Below, piece by piece: positions 23,873 to 36,480 of a DNA stretch of 54,787 bases. Made by a program: the position numbers and the translations under genes. This DNA comes from Paraspadella gotoi (Eukaryota; Animalia; Chaetognatha). The stretch lies in assembly GCA_051294375.1 (NCBI GenBank), contig JBJCIZ010000398.1, positions 1-54,787 of the forward strand, read 5' to 3'. Every line of letters begins with the position of its first letter. The first letter of the stretch is position 1. The notes under the pieces are model-generated. The model saw only the letters and a list, made by a program, of their open reading frames with translations. It was not told the DNA's origin and ran no database searches.

Positions 23873-24143
23873 TGAAGAGTTGCAGCCTAAACGACTGCAA
23901 TAATATTGAATTAAAAATTTGATTAGCAATCTTAAAAACATTTGTAAAAATGTAATAGAGAGACATTTTGATAAACGCGTTCCAGTTAGAAAGAATTCAG
24001 GGTTAAAGTTTAAAAATGTTTCATTTCTAGGATACAAGTTGAAATTAAAAATGTCTCTCTATTACATTTTTCTAATTCAGTAATAAAAAATTCATAAAAA
24101 ATATCAGGTGGATTGGCCTTTTCGTTTGACCTGCAACTCTTCA
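23873..24143. mobile_element. Degenerate fold-back or MITE-like inverted repeat (copy at 34028-34298)
   Basis: Outer pair tgaagagttgcag..aaacga / tcgttt..ctgcaactcttca and inner pair aaaaatgtaatagagagacatttt / aaaatgtctctctattacattttt. Confidence 0.55.
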
Positions 24144-24321
24144 GATAGGTTTCTTTATTTTATATTATAATTAAAACGATATAAAATGGGGTAGAATGCA
24201 TCAAATGCTTAAAGTGAATACATTTTCGGAATCGCCAGGAGCTCAGCTTTCTGAATTTGTACTCCATTTTAGCCTATTTTAAAGTTGAATTGAATGACCC
24301 TTTTTCTTAAAATCGTTGGTA

Positions 24322-24440
24322 AAGAGAGAAGGAAAGAGAGAGAAAAAGAGAAAGGAGAGAGAAAAAGAGAGGGAAAGAGAGAGACAAAGAGAAAGGAGAG
24401 AGAAAAAAGAGAGGGAAAGAGAGAGACAAAGAGAAAGGAG
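24322..24440. repeat. Purine-rich ~42-bp tandem repeat
   Basis: gagagagaaaaagagagggaaagagagagacaaagagaaag repeated 2-3 times. Confidence 0.8.
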
Positions 24441-24885
24441 ATCATGGTAAGAATCTTCAGCGAAAATTACTGGCCACTTGATCGGTGTGGTGTCGTCCAC
24501 AATACAAGCATGAGTCCCTGAACTAAAGATGGAAAAAAAAATACTCAATTCCTTTTTTCTTCTATATTCTATTTCTTACCAATTGACGAAAACACTCTCT
24601 CTCTAAAACACACAGACAAAGCTAGCTAAAACGATTTAAAACGCAGAGAGAAAACGCTAGTGTAGCTGTTTCATCGCTAATCGCCGAATGAAAAAAAAAA
24701 GAACAACGCTTCTGTCATACGACCGTAATAAACCGCCGTTTCTAGGCTACGAAACGCTGGTACGGGTCGCTCCAGCGTAAGCACGAACTCTAGTACGCAT
24801 CGCTCCTACGCATTTAAGATCCTAAGCATGTCACCGAATCACTCAATCACCGTAACACCCTTCACGGATCACCGATGCAAAGTTT

Positions 24886-25823
24886 CTAATTATCCGGCGG
24901 CTCCGGCGACGGCTGCGAATTTATCGGCAGATCTTCTGCCTCCCGCTCAACTTCCCCTCCCTCCGCCGCCGCCGGAGCCTCGATGGAAATGGCCGGAGGA
25001 GGCGGGACAGCGTGCGGCAGCTGGCGGCGGCTCCACGGTCGGCGGCGTCATCTCGCCCTCTTCGACGGAGGCCACTGGTGGCGATGCGTGTGGCGGCGTC
25101 TCTTCCATTTTCTGCGGCGCTTCTTCCATCATTTCTGGTTCCGAACGCGCCTCGACAGGAACCGCTTCCACGGCTGCCTCCTCAGCGGCCGCCAATTCCG
25201 CCGCAGCAGCCGCAGCCGCAGCCGCGGAAGCTTTCTCGGCGGCGTAATAACCGCCACCGATGCCGAGACCGGAAATGTCACCCGGATCGCCGATATAGAA
25301 AATGTTGGATTTGCCCTCGAGTTGGGAAGGAAGGGGTAAAAGTTTGGGGGAATTGGTGATTGTATTGTGATTATTATTATTATTATTATTTATATTATTA
25401 ATTATTATATTATTTATATTATTATTATTAATATATTAATTTACGGATTTATTGTTATTATTTTTATAATTATTATTATTTATTTCTTATAATCATTTTT
25501 TGTTGCTAAAATTTCTCGATTTTCCCCTCCGCGCCCCCCCCCCAAAAAAAAACCCAAAAAAGTGCAGCAGCAGCCCCTCAGTCCAGCAGCGCCGCGCCTC
25601 ACTCTGAGATCGAGATTGAGATCGATGACGCCGGCCGGGACAGCGGCGACGGCGACTGGATCCTCGTACGACGACGACGACGCTGCCGACGAGGGAGGTT
25701 GCTGGTGAGAGGCGACGTTGCGCCATTGAGCTCGGAAGGGATCGTCGAGACGGTCTCGATGAAGGCGCGGGACCGGACGCTCCGATCGGTTCGTCGAGTA
25801 GTTCTTGGAGACGTCGGGATAAT
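24886..25823 (-). CDS. 3' part of a GC-rich gene for an Ala/Pro/Glu-rich, probably disordered protein (copy at 35041-35978)
   Basis: After an acceptor-like ttccccattcccactcaag: DYPDVSKNYSTNRSERPVPRLHRDRLDDPFRAQWRNV...IDLNLDL. Then, beyond a low-complexity insert, LEGKSNIFYIGDPGDISGLGIGGGYYAAEKASAAAAAAAAAELAAAEEAAVE.... After one frameshift near 25008, AVPPPPAISIEAPAAAEGGEVEREAEDLPINSQPSPEPPDN and a TAG stop. Confidence 0.6.
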
Positions 25824-26001
25824 CTTGAGTGGGAATGGGGAAATAAAGAAGCTATCGAACCTTATGACTTTGGACAGACAACAGTGGTTCAATCCTTCTT
25901 AAAGATGATAACGTAGCAAGATCCTTCGCTCTCCTCTCTACAATTCCTCAATCCTCCCCTCTCTCCTCTCCCTCCCTCTCTCCCTCACCTCTTTCTCCAC
26001 A

Positions 26002-26026
26002 NNNNNNNNNNNNNNNNNNNNNNNNN
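26002..26026. other. Assembly gap, 25 N
   Basis: Run of N. Confidence 1.
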
Positions 26027-27942
26027 AAAAATCAGTCAATTGAGGATAAGACATAACACTGTCATGTTCAGAAATGACCACTGAAAAAATTAACAAGTAT
26101 GGCTTTTTATACTATGAATCAAGGTGCGCGTATAAAAATTACTAAGTGATTTGAAATGCCCTGTAGTTGTTTAAAATTTGTTATAGTTTTATTGTATATG
26201 AAAGTAAAAGGACAGAAAAATCTTTTGGCACCTATTTTATTATTGTATCTCAAATCGTTCAGACAGGGCAGGACGTTAAATTTTGTCTCGATATATGGTC
26301 CCACCCCTGTAGTTAATATTGAATAACCCTTCAAATATACAGGGGTGGTATGGTGGACTAAAATCCACCAACCGTTCATCAGCGGCCATTGGTGCAGGAG
26401 GCAAGTCATTAACCTGCCAACCCAAAAGGTCCAGGGTTTTAGCCCGGTGGTCGCCGAGCAGTTAAGAGGGACAGGGCGCTTAACGGTGTTAGAGCTTGAT
26501 CCGAAGCTCAGGGACTTGCTTCCTGCACCAATGGCCGCTGATTAATGGTTGGTGGATTTTAAACCATATTTTAGACCATGTATTGAGACAAAATTTAAAA
26601 ATTCATTACTTTAATTATGAAGCAAAGGCAACTCCTCGGTTTTCTCTGCGCGGTTTGAAAAATTATTGTTTAATCTCATTCTAAAACATAGCAGGTTTAC
26701 ATTGCCTATTGGTTTAAAAAATTTTGAAGTAAGCAGGTAAGGTTCGGGTTTAATTTTTATTAAAACTTACTTTCATAAAAAAATTTATTAATAATATTGT
26801 TAGATAATTAAGTTAATTGTTTAAAATTTCTGAATGCATAATAAAAGGTCAAAACGGTAAAGAAATACAAAGTATTTGATGATTTAAGCAATATTATAAC
26901 CAAAACAATATAAACGCTCCTGGAAAAAATTCCGGTAAAAAAATCATGTAAAAACACTTGATTCCGATCCTGTTACATCTGAAGGGCTCGCATTTTTTTC
27001 TCTTGTCAAATCATCAACATCTTGATATCAAACAAGCCAGAACAAATACTGCTTCTATATGGAAAAATTTTCCATCTTTGATTTTATATAGAAATGTAAG
27101 GGATTTTTTCCCTTCAAGACAATATAAACGTATTTGAGATATGTTCCGGTTTCACAAATGACGTCAAATTCAGGAATCCTCTGGCAAAAGTGTCTGAAGG
27201 GATCTCAAAATTTTCTTTACATTTTATTTAGTTATTTTAGTATGATACGATCATGGTAAAGTAAATTAGTTGATTTTGGTGAAAATTTTATTTAAACTAA
27301 AAAAAGAGGAGCTAACAATCGGAAATTCTAATAGTGGAGTCAGATTCGGGAAAAATCTTCTATGGCGAAAATTCTTCCAAAAAAGGGGTGGATTTTTCGA
27401 AGATTTTGGTTAATATTTTCTATATTTATGGTCGTTTTTTTTGAAATTAACAATAGCAATATTGTCATCATTCTACATTGGCCGGTAAAGAATATATTAA
27501 AAAAAGTCCTCAGTTTCGGAACTGAATTGATCGTCGACGTCTTTCGGCAGCAGAATCTCCGGTAAATTCGCTGCAAAGTGACCGACAGACCGACCTCGCG
27601 ACGACGCTTAAGGGACGTTCCGAGACCAGTTCACTAAGTTTCGTTATAATCCTCGTCGATCCAGCCAATCTAGTCGCGGCTAGACAGTGACAGTGAGTCG
27701 ACTTACCACCGGTCTATCTCTCTAATGAAATACCACCCTTCTCGGAGGCTTTGTCATTATTTTATGTCGTTTTTTAAAAATATAAAAATCTAAAATGTTT
27801 CTGAGTATTGCTACCATGTTCAAATTAAGAATTTCCTTTATCGTTTCGTATGATTTTTTTAATAAACTTTAACAAGTAATTTATATTTCAATAATCTCAA
27901 AATGATACACAACTTAGATCATTGTTCTTGATTTTTGTTGAG

Positions 27943-28230
27943 TTACATGAGTCCAGCCTGATCTTTTCCTCCGGATTTTGTCTGGTCGTCCGTGTTTGCT
28001 GCCTGGCCCAGTCAATTAAAAATCCGCCTTTGACTTTGCGTCCTCCCTTTATTTTCTTTAAGCGCCACAACTTTCTCCACTAAAAAAAACAAATCAAAAT
28101 TGAAATACAAAAAAAATATCGACAAAATCCAAAACACAAAGCGTCGGCGACTTACTTTGATCGTCTTCGACGCTCGCTTGGAACAGAAGGGCAAAGATGA
28201 TGAGAATGAAATAAACTTTTTTGCTTGCAT
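27943..28230 (-). CDS. Redundant copy of the inverted peptide gene
   Basis: Aligns to 17753-18039. Confidence 0.6.
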
Positions 28231-30695
28231 GGTTAAACAATTTTTTTTCTTTGTTTTCTCAGAAAATTGTAAAATGAAAAAAATTCGGAAAAAAAATTAT
28301 TACTATTTTCGTCTTCTACAGTTTTTTTAAAAAATGTGGTGGTGTAAAGATTGATTCTTTTGAACGTTTGATTTTGTGTTTGTTACTGTTTACCATTGCT
28401 AGGGAAATCTTAGCGCGTGAGTGTCGCTTGAGCCATAACGACAACGAGCATGGCTCTAATTATAATGTACAGTAATCGAAATAATTACAAAGTTAATTTT
28501 TTTTTGTCATTTTAACTCTGAACTATTAAGACAAAATTTTAAGAATATTTTAAGTTTTATGATTTTTAAGATATACCAAATGATTGATGCGATGATAGTC
28601 ATTCACTGATGCGATGATAGTCATTCATTGACGCGATGAGTCATTCATCGTAAATAAAACAAACGTGTTTATGAGTGAGAGAGAGTGAGAAAGAGAGAGA
28701 GAGTGTACGAATTTGTTTCTAAACATAGATATATTCTGACTAAATCTCAGAACCGTAAAATAAATCCACAAAAAACTAGGATGTAAATTTGGATTTTGTA
28801 TTGAGAAAAAAGCGTGGAATAAATGGCGATAATAAAAGTTTTTAGAAGGAGAAAAATAATCAGAATTTTTTTGAAAAACGCACGATCACGCAAGAGATCG
28901 TACAAGAGAGAGACTGAGAGAGAGAAGACAGAGAGAGACAGAGAAAGAGACACAGAGAGAGAGACAGAGAGAGAGACACAGAGAGAAAGAAAAGCTGGAC
29001 AGCAGCTGGACAAGCTGCTTCAGAGCTGAACTCGTTTTTTAGACGAATCTGAATAGGGTCGAACTCCTTTCCTTTCTATAAATAAATATTAAAAAATAAA
29101 TATTTGGGGTATAGAGCCAAATTTTTTGTACATTGAAAGTATAATAAAAAATGTATAAATTTTCGTTTTGAGCATGTTCTCATTCTAAATTTTTGACTAC
29201 CCCTTTGAGATGGGCTTACCCCTATCAGAAGAAAAAATAATCAGAGAGAGAGAGAGAAAGAAAGAGAAAGAGAGAGAGTGAGAGATAGAGAGAAGCTGGA
29301 CAGGCCGCTGGACCGCCGCTGCGAGCTGAACCGTTTTTTCGACGAATCGAGTAGGCAAACTCTTTTCCTTTTTATAAATAATATTAAAAAAAAAATATTT
29401 GGGTATAAGCCATATAAGAAATTTTTTGTACATTAAAAAGTATTTTAAAAATGCATAAATTTTCGTGTTGAGCATGTTCCCATACTAAATTTTGGATTCC
29501 ACCCATTGAGAGGGGCTTCCCCTATTCAGAAGAAAAAAGAGAGAAAGAGAGAAAGAGAGTTAGAGGAAGCCTAACAGCCCGCTGGAATCAGGAAGCAGCA
29601 GCGACGGAGAAAAGAGAGAGAGAGAGAGCGACATATTATTAAAAGAGAGAAAGCTCAACAGCCCTTTCACTCTTACTTAGTAAATAAGTACCTATGGCGC
29701 CCGAGGGTAGCGCGAACTCCTCCTAATCTGAAGGACTCGGGTTCGCGCCTTGTGATTCATACAGAAAAGCGAAAAAAACAGAGGAGAAAAAAAAGGGGAA
29801 TGGATGGTAAACTGCTGACGGCATCGTTTCATATTGGTGAGCCCATAAATATATATATGGGATAAGGCGCTAAGTGGGCTGAAGATGATATCCGTAACTT
29901 CTTTAATAACCCCCTTTAGTAGCCATGAACGGGTCTGGGCTGTTGAACCAGGCTTGAGGGGTTGCCACGCCCCGCAAGGCGGCTTACCGGCCGTCCTACG
30001 CTTCCCACAGGGTAGGTACCGGGTGGGATTGAACCGGTACTAGTGGTCATGAAGCTGATGGCTTTACTCAATGAGCCACGGGTCAGGACTGAAGGTGTCA
30101 TGCTTATAGGCGGGGTGAACCTAGGCAATGCCCGATACATTATTAAATTTTTTTGTTAAAAAAAAAAAGAGAGAGAGAGAGAGAGAGAAAGAAGCTGGAC
30201 GACGCTGCATGACGGCTGCAGAGCCAGAACTCGGTTTTTCAGACAAATCAGAAGAAGCAGTGAATGAGAAAAAAAGAGAGAAGAAAGAGAGCGACATATA
30301 ATTAAAAGAAAGAGAGAGGGAAAGAGACATATAATTAAAAGGTTTTTTTGTCTTAGTAATAAAACATAAACAAATAGGAATATTGATATGAAACATGAGA
30401 ATTTTAAAGATCTTGATGAATTAGAAGCCATATATAAATTTTCACTCCCTATGATATCACACTTTTCAGAAGCCATGATTCAAAAAAAGCCGTGACAGCA
30501 GACGACGACGACGACGAATGCCTTTCAAGTCAAGTCAAGACGACGACGACGACTACGGCCAAAGAAGCGAAAGCGAAGTATTATAGGACAGGACGGGCTT
30601 CGCCCGGTCTGTTCTCGATAAAAAACTCTGGCTTTTTTTCGTCCAGAGCTAGTCTACTTAGTCTAAAGGATTGGAAAAATTTTCAATTAAGCTAC

Positions 30696-32138
30696 TGTGG
30701 ACGAACATCTAGAAGCCACGCAACCTTGGTCAACCACATGACCTTATCCAACTTACCTCGCTCATTTCCCCACTTATTTATGGTCAAAAACGGTTGACCT
30801 TTATGGTCAAACGTTGACCTTGTAAATACCATTGTTAAATAGACTAGCATCTGAGCATTTTGACTGTTATTGTTTATAACGTTGTTTGAAGAATAAATCA
30901 TTCTTACTCCTAACTTGTTGCGTCCACACGTGGTGGACGCGACTGGAAAAATATATAAAAAAAACGAAACAAAAACAAAAAAAAAAAAACAAAAACAAAC
31001 AGGAAAACTACTCTCTCAAAAATTCGCCGCAAACAATTTTTAATTCAAACCCATTTTTTTTTTAAATTAAATTTTTTAATTTAAAATCGACTCAAAAAAA
31101 GAACTTTACGCGTTTTTTGGCCAAAGATTCTTTTTTTTTTTTTTCTCCTCTCTCAAATTCTCTCGAATTCGAATCCGGTTTTTTGCCAATACAACTCTTC
31201 ATTTGAAACAAATATTTTTTTTTAATTAATCAATTTTTTTTTTAAGCGAAACATACCTTTCTTTTCAAGGCAAATAAATTTTTTCAAAGTAAATAATATA
31301 TTTTTTTTAAATGCCGCGTTCTCATCACCCAAGCGTCACACGCCCTCCAACCGCCCGCCGACGAAGAAGAAACGACATGCCGGTGACCAACGCGCAACGC
31401 CTCCAATCCGACAGCGCCCGGCCCGACGACCGCATTCCACGGTAACGCGCCGCCTGACATCGACGCGACGCCCCTCGAAATGCAAATTTGCGAAATACCC
31501 GTGGCGCGGCGTCGAAGTGATCTCCGTGATCGACTGAAACCTGCCGTCACCGACGAAGTCGCACCACCTGAACCACGGCAGGCGCGGACACGTGTCGCCC
31601 GCGTGCTCAGCAGCTTCCGTCCACGGAAACGGAAGTTGCACTCCCTGATCCCCGCAGGCGCGACCACGGTCGCCCGCGCGTCTCAGCAGCTCCATCTATG
31701 CCCCCGCCTCCGGAACGGAAGCGGCGCCGACTCGCGTTTCCCACGACGCCGCAAGTTGCTCGTTCGACAATCTTCATCAATCCGGGTCTTATCAACGTCC
31801 TCGTCCGACGATGCTTCAGCCGCGGAAGACGACGACGAAAACGACGACGCATCCAATAACCTTTTCTAAGCCTTCTCCCACCCGGTCAAAGGCTTGGTGG
31901 GGGGATGTGTGGACGAACATCTGAGAACACTGCAACCTTGTCAAACCACTACCTTACCAACCTTAACCTCGCTCATTTCCCCAACTTATTTATGGTCAAA
32001 ACAGTTGACCTTTATGGTCAAACGTTGACTTTGTAAATACCATTGTAATAGACTTAGCATCTGAGCATTTTGACTGTTATTGTTTATAACGTTGTTGAAG
32101 AATAAATCATTCTTACTCTGAAACTTGTTGCGTCCACA
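30696..32138 (+). mobile_element. Redundant copy of the LTR element
   Basis: LTRs at 30696-30928 and 31908-32138; CTAC at 30692-30695 and 32139-32142. Confidence 0.9.
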
Positions 32139-35100
32139 CTACCCTAAATACTGATACCCTGCATTGCTTTACTTTTTTCTATTTGGAAGTCATTTTTCCA
32201 TAAATTTTAAATGTTTATTTTTTAAATCTTGCGTCTGGACCTCCTTTAATAAAGGAATTTTAACAGTGTTATCATCTCCTTCATATATGCACAGGAAAGT
32301 ACAGAAAAAACCAAATCCCGCTTCTTAGGCGAACAAGGATATTTTTTTATTTGATAAACATTTATGACGACACCTGTAATATCTTTCCGGTTTCTTTTGA
32401 TTATTGTTCACAACAGATTAAATTTAAGAGAGATAATTCATTCCTGATTTTTTTTCCCATTTTTTTATTTTTAACAAAAAAAGTAAATGAACTCAATGGA
32501 GAAGACTGGACTAATTCCAACAATATTTTGGCGATTTTGAACTTGAAATCCTATTTAAAGTTAGTAAATAGTGAATGAATAACATTTAATTCTTAACCAA
32601 TTTTTCAAACAGAAGTAGAATTTCAAAATTGAATTGATAGTAAAATTAAAATTATATGTTAATTTTATTATAATTTTCTTTTTTTCTTATTCTCTCATCT
32701 TATTGTAATAAATTTTTAATAAAAAATAACTGACGAAATGTTTACGAGTTTGTCTTCGCCATTGTTTTCATCTTCCTCGTCGTTTTCGCTGTCATTTTCA
32801 TATTCTTCTTAGTAGTTTTTGTCATTTTTGTCGTCATTGTCTTTGCCATCGTTTTTGTCGTCGTTTTCGCCAGTTTTCATCTCCCTCGTTTTTGTCTACT
32901 TCATTGTTTTTGTTGTTGTTGTTGTTATCATCTTTGCTTTAGTTTGTTATCGTCTTTATTCTTGCCTTAGACTTATTTAAACTGATAACATTACTGAATC
33001 TATAAGTTAGAAACTCATGTAATTACCATTTGTCTTTCCAAGGATATGCCTCCCCATCACAAACGAGCCTCAGAAACTGTTCTTACCTCCTTTCCAACTT
33101 ACTGTTATATTGCTGCAACGCTGATTGATTAACGATCTATGAAAACCCTGAAACCTTTTAAAACAATGTCTTACCGTCTTTCAAATAAAAATAGAAAACA
33201 TAAGAAAGATTTGCTTCTTACCAAATTTTTAAACTCAAACTCAAATCGCTGGCAAACATTTAATTTTTTGACCACTTTCCATTGGCGTAGAGAAAAAAAG
33301 TATTACATATTTGGAATCGGGTCAGTTTGAAGGACCAAACATTATGATATCAGCCTTTTGACCCCCCCTGACCCCCTTCATCACTGGGTTCCCTCAAGTT
33401 ACTGGAGGCTGGAGAGGTCGTTTGAAAGAAAGAATCAGAAAATAAGGGAGAAAGAAACATAATTCATTAATTGTCAATCGATAAAAAAAGGGGTGGAGTG
33501 TTTAAATTGTTATTTTTTCTTTTATTTATATTTTTTACATCATTATAATACTAAAAAAATGTTTTATTAGTAACATGATTTGAAGCGAAATTCAAGAGTG
33601 TTCAATACAAAAATATCGCTTTTTTAATAAAAAAAAAATCCCTTAAGAGGAAAGGTCATTCAGCATAACAATACGTAATCATTGATGTGTTAGAGCTAAT
33701 ATATCGAGAAATACATTATAGTCATCAGTAATCACAAAAAAATAAGTTCTTATTTATATGTAAACATTCCATTTTCAATAATTTTTTTTAAATGGGTAAA
33801 TAACAAAATTGTTAAGTTAAATGGGTAAGCACATTTCTAAAGATTTCGTTTTTCAATCTGGTTGTTAAAAAATTCTAGGTAAGAAGTTAAAACACGGTAT
33901 GGGATAATTTAGAAGGGGAGAATTAAGCAATTAATCTCGTTACTCTGTTGGTTTTCCAGTCATGAACAAAATCTTCAGTTAAATAGATGGTAAGAAATTC
34001 GAGCTTACAATGAATCTACACTGAATTTGAAGAGTTGCAGCCTAAACGACTGCAATAATATTGAATTAAAAATTTGATTAGCAATCTTAAAAACATTTGT
34101 AAAAATGTAATAGAGAGACATTTTGATAAACGCGTTCCAGTTAGAAAGAATTCAGGGTTAAAGTTTAAAAATGTTTCATTTCTAGGATACAAGTTGAAAT
34201 TAAAAATGTCTCTCTATTACATTTTTCTAATTCAGTAATAAAAAATTCATAAAAAATATCAGGTGGATTGGCCTTTTCGTTTGACCTGCAACTCTTCAGA
34301 TAGGTTTCTTTATTTTATATTATAATTAAAACGATATAAAATGGGGTAGAATGCATCAAATGCTTAAAGTGAATACATTTTCGGAATCGCCAGGAGCTCA
34401 GCTTTCTGAATTTGTACTCCATTTTAGCCTATTTTAAAGTTGAATTGAATGACCCTTTTTCTTAAAATCGTTGGTAAAGAGAGAAGGAAAGAGAGAGAAA
34501 AAGAGAAAGGAGAGAGAAAAAGAGAGGGAAAGAGAGAGACAAAGAGAAAGGAGAGAGAAAAAAGAGAGGGAAAGAGAGAGACAAAGAGAAAGGAGATCAT
34601 GGTAAGAATCTTCAGCGAAAATTACTGGCCACTTGATCGGTGTGGTGTCGTCCACAATACAAGCATGAGTCCCTGAACTAAAGATGGAAAAAAAAATACT
34701 CAATTCCTTTTTTCTTCTATATTCTATTTCTTACCAATTGACGAAAACACTCTCTCTCTAAAACACACAGACAAAGCTAGCTAAAACGATTTAAAACGCA
34801 GAGAGAAAACGCTAGTGTAGCTGTTTCATCGCTAATCGCCGAATGAAAAAAAAAAGAACAACGCTTCTGTCATACGACCGTAATAAACCGCCGTTTCTAG
34901 GCTACGAAACGCTGGTACGGGTCGCTCCAGCGTAAGCACGAACTCTAGTACGCATCGCTCCTACGCATTTAAGATCCTAAGCATGTCACCGAATCACTCA
35001 ATCACCGTAACACCCTTCACGGATCACCGATGCAAAGTTTCTAATTATCCGGCGGCTCCGGCGACGGCTGCGAATTTATCGGCAGATCTTCTGCCTCCCG

Positions 35101-36156
35101 CTCAACTTCCCCTCCCTCCGCCGCCGCCGGAGCCTCGATGGAAATGGCCGGAGGAGGCGGGACAGCGTGCGGCAGCTGGCGGCGGCTCCACGGTCGGCGG
35201 CGTCATCTCGCCCTCTTCGACGGAGGCCACTGGTGGCGATGCGTGTGGCGGCGTCTCTTCCATTTTCTGCGGCGCTTCTTCCATCATTTCTGGTTCCGAA
35301 CGCGCCTCGACAGGAACCGCTTCCACGGCTGCCTCCTCAGCGGCCGCCAATTCCGCCGCAGCAGCCGCAGCCGCAGCCGCGGAAGCTTTCTCGGCGGCGT
35401 AATAACCGCCACCGATGCCGAGACCGGAAATGTCACCCGGATCGCCGATATAGAAAATGTTGGATTTGCCCTCGAGTTGGGAAGGAAGGGGTAAAAGTTT
35501 GGGGGAATTGGTGATTGTATTGTGATTATTATTATTATTATTATTTATATTATTAATTATTATATTATTTATATTATTATTATTAATATATTAATTTACG
35601 GATTTATTGTTATTATTTTTATAATTATTATTATTTATTTCTTATAATCATTTTTTGTTGCTAAAATTTCTCGATTTTCCCCTCCGCGCCCCCCCCCCAA
35701 AAAAAAACCCAAAAAAGTGCAGCAGCAGCCCCTCAGTCCAGCAGCGCCGCGCCTCACTCTGAGATCGAGATTGAGATCGATGACGCCGGCCGGGACAGCG
35801 GCGACGGCGACTGGATCCTCGTACGACGACGACGACGCTGCCGACGAGGGAGGTTGCTGGTGAGAGGCGACGTTGCGCCATTGAGCTCGGAAGGGATCGT
35901 CGAGACGGTCTCGATGAAGGCGCGGGACCGGACGCTCCGATCGGTTCGTCGAGTAGTTCTTGGAGACGTCGGGATAATCTTGAGTGGGAATGGGGAAATA
36001 AAGAAGCTATCGAACCTTATGACTTTGGACAGACAACAGTGGTTCAATCCTTCTTAAAGATGATAACGTAGCAAGATCCTTCGCTCTCCTCTCTACAATT
36101 CCTCAATCCTCCCCTCTCTCCTCTCCCTCCCTCTCTCCCTCACCTCTTTCTCCACA

Positions 36157-36181
36157 NNNNNNNNNNNNNNNNNNNNNNNNN
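36157..36181. other. Assembly gap, 25 N
   Basis: Run of N. Confidence 1.
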
Positions 36182-36432
36182 TAATTATTCAAGGTGGTAG
36201 GCATATATATCTGCTAGGTAGCACGTGTTTGTACTATGCTTCTCAGATCTGTGTTTACAATTTCAACTGGATTAGAGCGACCTGTCGGTGGTTCTGTGTC
36301 TCACCCGGTGTAGACTACACGGTTGTACTGGTGTAATTACGTTGTGATATGAATTATTTTGACGTATATTTTTTATTTTTTGGCTGCTCCGTTTGTTTAG
36401 TTTCGAAAAATAAAGAAGAGAGGAAGTGAAAG

Positions 36433-36480
<48 letters not shown>

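Larger units (their letters stand above)
26027..36156 (+). repeat. Second copy of ~15823-26001
   Basis: Identical at offset 10155 from ~21797 onward; upstream the copies differ mainly by single-base indels. Confidence 0.95.

Noticed and set aside
24828-25359. Plus-strand ORFs 24828-25247, 24983-25339 and 25012-25359
   Set aside because: They are antisense shadows of the GC-rich minus-strand gene.
25604-25627. DLNLDL EAR-like motif
   Set aside because: Short motif within a gatctc repeat, and nothing else supports a plant repressor.
26345-26545. 66-aa ORF across the fold-back as a functional gene
   Set aside because: Non-ATG start, the frame is not preserved in the other two copies, and it is largely built from inverted-repeat arms.
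15823-36156. Biological 10.2-kb tandem duplication (and a 35.9-kb one)
   Set aside because: The junctions coincide with 25-N gaps, and even the noisy segments are identical between copies.
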